NCBI GenBank assembly: GCA_964598505.1
Contig: CAZRCF010000001.1
Location: forward strand, 23,479 to 71,479
Source: an uncultured Lentimicrobiaceae bacterium
Lineage (GTDB): Bacteria > Bacteroidota > Bacteroidia > Bacteroidales > WCHB1-69
Length of the DNA stretch: 48,001 nucleotides
Reading direction: 5' to 3'
Shown: positions 42,474 through 48,001 of the stretch, in pieces
Layout: each line of letters starts with the position of its first letter
Numbering within the stretch: the first letter of the stretch is position 1
Program-made: the position numbers and the translations under genes
Notes under the pieces: generated by a model
Told to the model about the DNA's origin: nothing
The model's database searches: none
The model's input: only the letters and a program-made list of their open reading frames with translations

Positions 42474-44441
42474 ATGATACAAATTCCTGGGACAAATACA
42501 CAACCTGGTGTTATTATTAATCCAGCTGTTGTTAATAATATATTACTAAAACAAGATTACAATACTTTGAATATGCTTCAAGAAACAAATGAAGTAGATA
42601 TTAATGATTATAATGTTAATGAGTGGATGAAATGCAGACAGAACCCTCTTTATTTTATACTCAATTATGTATACTTTAAAGAATATGGTGGTAAACAACT
42701 TTATTCGAAACAGTATATGCATAATAAATTAAGACGAGTTATAAGAGTAATATTTCGTCATCATATGGCTATGTTAATGGCCTCGAGACAGTTAGGGAAA
42801 TCAACAATTTCATCTGCTATCTTAGCCTGGGCTCTTATCTTTTATCCGGATAATAGAGCCGCAATCTTTAATTTTCAAAAAAGTGCTGCACAAGAAAATC
42901 TAAATAAAGTTAAATTTATAATTAAGAATCTTCCACCATGGTTGAAGATGACAGTTCCTAATGCATCTAGAAGCGAAATTAAGACTTATTTAGAATTAAA
43001 AAACGGATCAAGAATCGATACATTCTATCCTTCAACAACAGCTTCACCGGATACATTGTCTCGTTCTATATCTGTTCCAATTATTTATATTGATGAAGTT
43101 GCATTTATTCCTCATATGCAGGAAATATATGGATCTGCACAACCTACTATTTCTAAAGCTAGAGAACAAGCTATTAAGAATGATTATCCATATTTTATTC
43201 TAATGACTTCAACCCCAAACGGTGTTGATGATACTGGAAAATTTTTTTATGAGATGTATGATAAAGCAGTTGAATCAGATAATTTATTTATAGCGGATAA
43301 TGAAACTGGAATCGAAGATTGGGCAGAAACAGCAGGAAATATAATTGACGATGATTCTAAGAATAGTTTTATAAGAGTTAGATATCATTGGTCTGAAGAT
43401 ACTTCTAAACAAATAGGGTGGTATGAGCAACAAAAGAAAGAGCTTAATTTTAATACAAGACAAATTAATCAGGAACTTGACTTGTTATTTGTTGGAGGAA
43501 CAGATTGTATCTTTGACGATGAGACACTTCAGAAGTTTATTTATGTTAAACGTGATGCTGTAATTGATTTAAAACATCAAGCTAAATTAGATATCTTTCA
43601 AACTGATTTTGATCAGAAGGATTATTATTTGGTTGGAGTTGATACTGCAAGCTCTATTAAAGGAGCTTTTAATGCTATTGAAATCTTCACTTATAAAGAT
43701 TTTAGACAAGTTGCAGAAATGAATGTTCGATTAGCATCTTCAACAAAATATGGTGAAGTTCTTGATGATTTATTTAAATGGTTATATAAGATAGTTGGAT
43801 CAAGAATTATATTATGCATTGAAAATAATACAATTGGAAAACCAATTATTGAGCACTTACTTTATCATGTTAAAGATTTTAATTACATGCCGTATATTTA
43901 TAAAGATTTTAAAAAGAGTGAAATACCTGGTCAGAATATTGATATGCAAGATCATGAATGGGGAATCAACACGAACACGCGTACAAAAGAGCTTATGGTT
44001 TCTTTGCTTTATGATTTATTAAAAGAAGATCCGAGCAGATTGAAGTCGCAAGATTTGATTGCACAAATGAGTGCAATTCAAAGAAGTAATCGTGGGACAA
44101 TTCGTAGCTCAGGTTATAGCGATATGTTTATGTCAAGTTGTTTTTGTGCTTATGGCAGGAAAATGACAGAACTTCAGATCTTGCCGCAATTAGACTATTC
44201 GAATGTACAAATTTCACAAAATTTCTTTAATAGTATTAAATCTGCCGCTGACATGATGAATACAAAGTTAATTATTAAAAGTGATAATAAAAATCAAGTT
44301 AGTGAATTTATTAGTAGACCAAGAACTGTTCAAGAAGATGATGCTATAACTCAACAATTCCATCAACAAGCTAACAAACAAGAGGGTGGAATGACAAATG
44401 ATGATTGGAAAATTTATATGCCAATTATGACTGATTTTTAA
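42474..44441 (+). CDS. terL: Terminase large subunit, T4 gp17-like
   Basis: EWMKCRQNPLYFI, Walker A ASRQLGKS, Walker B IYIDEVAF, TSTPNG, nuclease GVDTAS, IENN, DMFMS. Confidence 0.92.
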   Translation: MIQIPGTNTQPGVIINPAVVNNILLKQDYNTLNMLQETNEVDINDYNVNEWMKCRQNPLYFILNYVYFKEYGGKQLYSKQYMHNKLRRVIRVIFRHHMAMLMASRQLGKSTISSAILAWALIFYPDNRAAIFNFQKSAAQENLNKVKFIIKNLPPWLKMTVPNASRSEIKTYLELKNGSRIDTFYPSTTASPDTLSRSISVPIIYIDEVAFIPHMQEIYGSAQPTISKAREQAIKNDYPYFILMTSTPNGVDDTGKFFYEMYDKAVESDNLFIADNETGIEDWAETAGNIIDDDSKNSFIRVRYHWSEDTSKQIGWYEQQKKELNFNTRQINQELDLLFVGGTDCIFDDETLQKFIYVKRDAVIDLKHQAKLDIFQTDFDQKDYYLVGVDTASSIKGAFNAIEIFTYKDFRQVAEMNVRLASSTKYGEVLDDLFKWLYKIVGSRIILCIENNTIGKPIIEHLLYHVKDFNYMPYIYKDFKKSEIPGQNIDMQDHEWGINTNTRTKELMVSLLYDLLKEDPSRLKSQDLIAQMSAIQRSNRGTIRSSGYSDMFMSSCFCAYGRKMTELQILPQLDYSNVQISQNFFNSIKSAADMMNTKLIIKSDNKNQVSEFISRPRTVQEDDAITQQFHQQANKQEGGMTNDDWKIYMPIMTDF

Positions 44442-44466
44442 TTAATCTATAAAGAGGTTATTGATT

Positions 44467-47400
44467 ATGGCTGGTCCAAATATACCAGGATTAAATGAAC
44501 AAGTTATGCGACAAATGATGCGACAGAGAAGTAGTCGTCAAAATGCACCTGTTAATTCTCCTGCTGGAGGATTAGCAGAAGACGAATATATGAATTATAA
44601 AAAAATGGCAACACCTGCTATGAAAAAAATGATGTGGCCATCTTTGGCACTTTCGTTAATTACTGACCCATCTATTAGTGGAACTTTTGCAAAAGGTGCA
44701 GGAATGATTTCACCTGCTGCTGGAAAGTTTTTGGGCGCAGCTGGTGGAAATCTTGGACCTTTGGGCGCATTAGGTTATCTCGGACCAAAAGTTATTTCAG
44801 AAGGCTTAAAGGGTCGAAGACATGCCTATGAAAAAACACAACCACGGATGGGTGGAATGGCTGGTAATACTTTGAAAGGTCTTGAATTAGCTAGTTCTAT
44901 AGATTACTTAATGAGACTTCCAGGTTGGGCCAGTGTTCTTGGGGGAATGTCACAAAAAACATTATTAGGTAAGAGTCCTCGTATTGCAAATTGGTTAACA
45001 GGTTCTGCTGGTAGTGTTATGGCAGGAAAAGGCAGTCAAGCTGTAGCAGGTGGTGGAATTTTAAGTTCACTTTATAGTGGATTAAAGACAGGAGCTGATA
45101 AATTAACTCGAGGACAAATTTCTAGTGCTATGTCAAATGCCGCTAAAAAAGGTGGTATAGGTGGTGCTGCGGCTAGTGGAGCTGGATTACTTGATAAAGG
45201 AATATCTGGATTATTAGGTTCACCAATGGGTGTGATGATGGGAATGGCAGGACTTCAGGTCGGGTTATCTATTTATAAATCTGTTAAAATGGCAAAACTG
45301 ACACCAACTAGACAAGCACCTGATAAGTACGCATCAAAATTTTATAATCCCAATCAAACTAATGCTTCACTTACTAAAATTTTAACTATGAATCCAGCTG
45401 CAAGAGATCCACAATCAATGGGATTTGTTCTTCAGCAGAAAACATTTATGGTCCAACAACTTATAGTTCAAGAGTTGATGAGACTTAATATGCAAGTTGC
45501 CGGCTTTAGAGGAGAATATCATACTGAAAATGATTTTGTTCGTCAAGAAAAAGAAAAAGGCGAAGGTAATTTTAGTGAAAAATATGGAACTGATGTTTAT
45601 GGTGAAGATGATCGTGGTGTTATTATGCGAGGTCTTGATAAATTATCACACACTGTAACTAAAGCTAAAAATACTTTTGATCCTTTCACTCAATTGACTA
45701 ATTTTGCATTTGGATTATTACGCGGCAAAATGATTTTACCGGGAACAGAAGTAAGTAAAATTGCAAAGATATATGGTTACGATAATGAATCTAAAATGAT
45801 GAAAGAAAGATCAGAATCATTTGGAACCGCAATGGACCAAACTAGACTTTTACACACACCTGGTAGATCCGTTCTTGAAATGGCACAAACCTATGAATCA
45901 AAAATGATGGCACTTGGTGTCGCTCAATTTGATCTTAATAGATATATGTTAGCTGAATTAATGACAATTAGAATATCTGGTTATGGTATATCAGAAAATA
46001 TTCTTCATCGGAAAGAGCCGGGAGTTTTTAAACAGTTTATGACGGATATGTTTGAAAAACTTAATCCTATGAATCTTCCTGGTGTTAATGCTATTTGGAA
46101 TCTTGGAAAAGCAGCAATCAAAGGAATAACATCTGTTCCAAAATTAGCTGAAAAAATGTTTGCTGGGGCTCAAAAAGGAATTGCAGGTGGTATTTCTTGG
46201 TTGGGTGGAGAGAGCTATACTTCTATGAGAGATGATAAAGAATTACGTAAAGCATCAGGATTAGAAAAAGATTATTCACTTCGGTCACAAGAATATATGG
46301 CAATTGGATTGCCCGCAATTCAAGCAGAAATGAAACAAGTTCAAGTTGAACAATTAGAATCACTTCGAAATTTAGTTGAAATTCAAACGCAAGTGCTTGA
46401 AATATCTGGTGGAGGGCATGCGTATCAGGCAATAACAGGAAAACAGGGATTATTAGTTTGGGATTCTGAAATGCAAAGATATTTAGCACCAGATGAATTA
46501 GATAAAGCTAAAAAAGGTCGTCGAACAAAGATGGCTGGTGTTAAAGAAGAAGCTTTTAAAGAAGGTCCTGTTGGTAAATTGATGTATATGCTTGATGCAT
46601 TTTTTAATCCTAATAAAGCTGCTGGTTTTGGGAGAGGTAAAGCAAGACAACAAAAATATGAAGATTTTATGGGTGGAATAGAACAATCTGTTTTTGGTAA
46701 ACGGAAAACACTTAGATCATCAAAACAAGTATATGCAGCAGAAATGCCAATGACAAGCTTACAACCAACTACTACAACTTTAGAATCTTCACCGGAAGCA
46801 GAAAATCAAAGACGACAATTCGCATATGAATTGACCAAAAAAGGACAAGAAATATTAGCAGGTCTTGGAATGACTGCTATACCTGCACTTGGAGCAGCAT
46901 TAATAAGTTTACCAATATCTGGTCTTATTGCAGTAGGAGCATCCCTTAGTTATCTTCTTGTAAGATTTAAGCAAAAGAAAAAAGTAGCAGAAAAGATGAA
47001 AGCTACCATGGGATATGCAACCTCTGAAGAAGAAATATTTGCAAAAGTTTTTGCAGAAGCAGGACTTTCAACAGCAGATCAAGTTGCTAAGCATGGTATT
47101 GGTGAATTAGGAGCAGGTGGACGCATAAGTGGACTACCGGAATCTCCACAAAATAAAATGCTTAAAGAGCTTCGAATTATTAAATCATATCTTGGTGATA
47201 GTAAAAAGAATAGTATTTTTACATTATTGCAACCAGGGACACCTGATATTGCTGAAGTGACTATTGTTGATAGTGTAAATAAAAAACCAGTTTTTATTGG
47301 TGGTGATGATCCTAATTCTCATATGGGAACATTATATAATATTCAAGATTATATGATGAATACACAAGGTGATTTATTACAAGCTGTTGCCGGTGGAAAA

Positions 47401-48001
47401 GCTAAAGGTGGACCTATTGATAAAAATGCACCGGTTTTGGTTGGTGAAGAAGGTCCTGAAATCTTAATGCCAAAATCTGCTGGAGTTATTATTCCAAATA
47501 ATAAAATTCGTAAATTTGGTAAAGGTGGATTATTAGATTCACTATCAGGTGTATTACCAGGTGCCCACGAATTATCAATGCAAGGAAAACTTGGTGAATT
47601 AGAAGTAAAGAAAGAAAAGAAAGAAGACTCTGATTGGAAAAAAGATGTTGTTAATCTTTTATCTGGAATTCTTAAGAAACCACTAAAACTTATTGTAGAT
47701 AAAAAAGAAAAAGAAGGTGGTATTTGGGATTTTCTTAAAGATAATATTGGAACAATTCTTAAAGGTGGTGGAGTATTATTGACTGGATTACTTGGTAAAT
47801 TTCTTTGGGATATGCTTTCTGATGAAACAAAAGAAAGTATAAAAAATGGTATGGGTACTATATTTAAAGGTATTGGAGGATTTCTTTTAGATCAATTTGG
47901 AGAAATGTCTTCTTTTGGTAAAATAGGAACATTTGCTATTGCAGGTGCTGGGATTGGTTCACTCGGTGGTCCAATAGGAATTATTAACGGAGCTCTTATT
48001 G
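44467..48001 (+). CDS. Tape-measure-like protein, 3'-truncated (not in ORF track)
   Basis: ATG 44467 after AGAGG; no in-frame stop was found in the stretches read up to the window end (>1170 codons). Gly/Ala-rich helices with hydrophobic segments; AKGGPI...VLVGEEGPEILMP...IIPN near 47401. Confidence 0.75.
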   Translation, partial: MAGPNIPGLNEQVMRQMMRQRSSRQNAPVNSPAGGLAEDEYMNYKKMATPAMKKMMWPSLALSLITDPSISGTFAKGAGMISPAAGKFLGAAGGNLGPLGALGYLGPKVISEGLKGRRHAYEKTQPRMGGMAGNTLKGLELASSIDYLMRLPGWASVLGGMSQKTLLGKSPRIANWLTGSAGSVMAGKGSQAVAGGGILSSLYSGLKTGADKLTRGQISSAMSNAAKKGGIGGAAASGAGLLDKGISGLLGSPMGVMMGMAGLQVGLSIYKSVKMAKLTPTRQAPDKYASKFYNPNQTNASLTKILTMNPAARDPQSMGFVLQQKTFMVQQLIVQELMRLNMQVAGFRGEYHTENDFVRQEKEKGEGNFSEKYGTDVYGEDDRGVIMRGLDKLSHTVTKAKNTFDPFTQLTNFAFGLLRGKMILPGTEVSKIAKIYGYDNESKMMKERSESFGTAMDQTRLLHTPGRSVLEMAQTYESKMMALGVAQFDLNRYMLAELMTIRISGYGISENILHRKEPGVFKQFMTDMFEKLNPMNLPGVNAIWNLGKAAIKGITSVPKLAEKMFAGAQKGIAGGISWLGGESYTSMRDDKELRKASGLEKDYSLRSQEYMAIGLPAIQAEMKQVQVEQLESLRNLVEIQTQVLEISGGGHAYQAITGKQGLLVWDSEMQRYLAPDELDKAKKGRRTKMAGVKEEAFKEGPVGKLMYMLDAFFNPNKAAGFGRGKARQQKYEDFMGGIEQSVFGKRKTLRSSKQVYAAEMPMTSLQPTTTTLESSPEAENQRRQFAYELTKKGQEILAGLGMTAIPALGAALISLPISGLIAVGASLSYLLVRFKQKKKVAEKMKATMGYATSEEEIFAKVFAEAGLSTADQVAKHGIGELGAGGRISGLPESPQNKMLKELRIIKSYLGDSKKNSIFTLLQPGTPDIAEVTIVDSVNKKPVFIGGDDPNSHMGTLYNIQDYMMNTQGDLLQAVAGGKAKGGPIDKNAPVLVGEEGPEILMPKSAGVIIPNNKIRKFGKGGLLDSLSGVLPGAHELSMQGKLGELEVKKEKKEDSDWKKDVVNLLSGILKKPLKLIVDKKEKEGGIWDFLKDNIGTILKGGGVLLTGLLGKFLWDMLSDETKESIKNGMGTIFKGIGGFLLDQFGEMSSFGKIGTFAIAGAGIGSLGGPIGIINGALI

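Noticed and set aside
42474-44441. Intron or intein in the terminase (or in the recombinase)
   Set aside because: Motifs are contiguous at the expected spacing; no intein or homing-endonuclease signature was seen.
777-44457. TATAA immediately before the Shine-Dalgarno (777, 1861, 7419, 13541, 16677, 36569, 44448) as a T4-like late promoter
   Set aside because: A -10 element this close would start transcription inside the RBS, and the sequence is expected often in AT-rich spacers. It is more likely an A/U translational enhancer.
1-48001. Stop-codon reassignment as seen in some large phages
   Set aside because: Standard-code ORFs tile the window densely, and TAA, TAG and TGA all end genes right before the next RBS.

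Overview
This 48-kb, AT-rich (roughly 30% GC by eye), gene-dense window reads as part of the morphogenesis region of a large (jumbo-type) tailed phage with T4-like structural genes. Recognisable genes include a gp17-like large terminase, a gp6-like baseplate wedge, a gp5/VgrG-like spike, a probable tail-tube-family gene, a tape-measure-like protein running off the right end, and Gly/Ser-repeat fibre-like proteins. Interspersed non-structural genes encode a RecA/UvsX-like recombinase, a Cas4-like Fe-S nuclease, a MoxR-type AAA ATPase with a metallopeptidase/vWA partner, a SAM-methyltransferase fusion, and a protein with a T4 gp55-like sigma region-2 motif. No CRISPR array, tRNA, rRNA or transposase was seen. 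Four patterns stand out. (1) More than 20 otherwise unrelated proteins share short N-terminal leaders ending in L/I-x-E (e.g. MISISYLFE, MxLDVNKIIxES), suggesting a capsid-targeting and prohead-protease system for a large injected cargo. (2) That putative cargo includes a tandem array of ElaB/YqjD(DUF883)-like tail-anchored proteins, a glycine-zipper protein and proteases. (3) The 11-mer AGATCTTGCCG recurs as inverted pairs in intergenic hairpins and singly inside genes in different reading frames, a distribution like bacterial DNA-uptake sequences. (4) A YATATAGAAAT motif lies upstream of non-structural genes. All family assignments were made by eye from motifs; no database searches were run.
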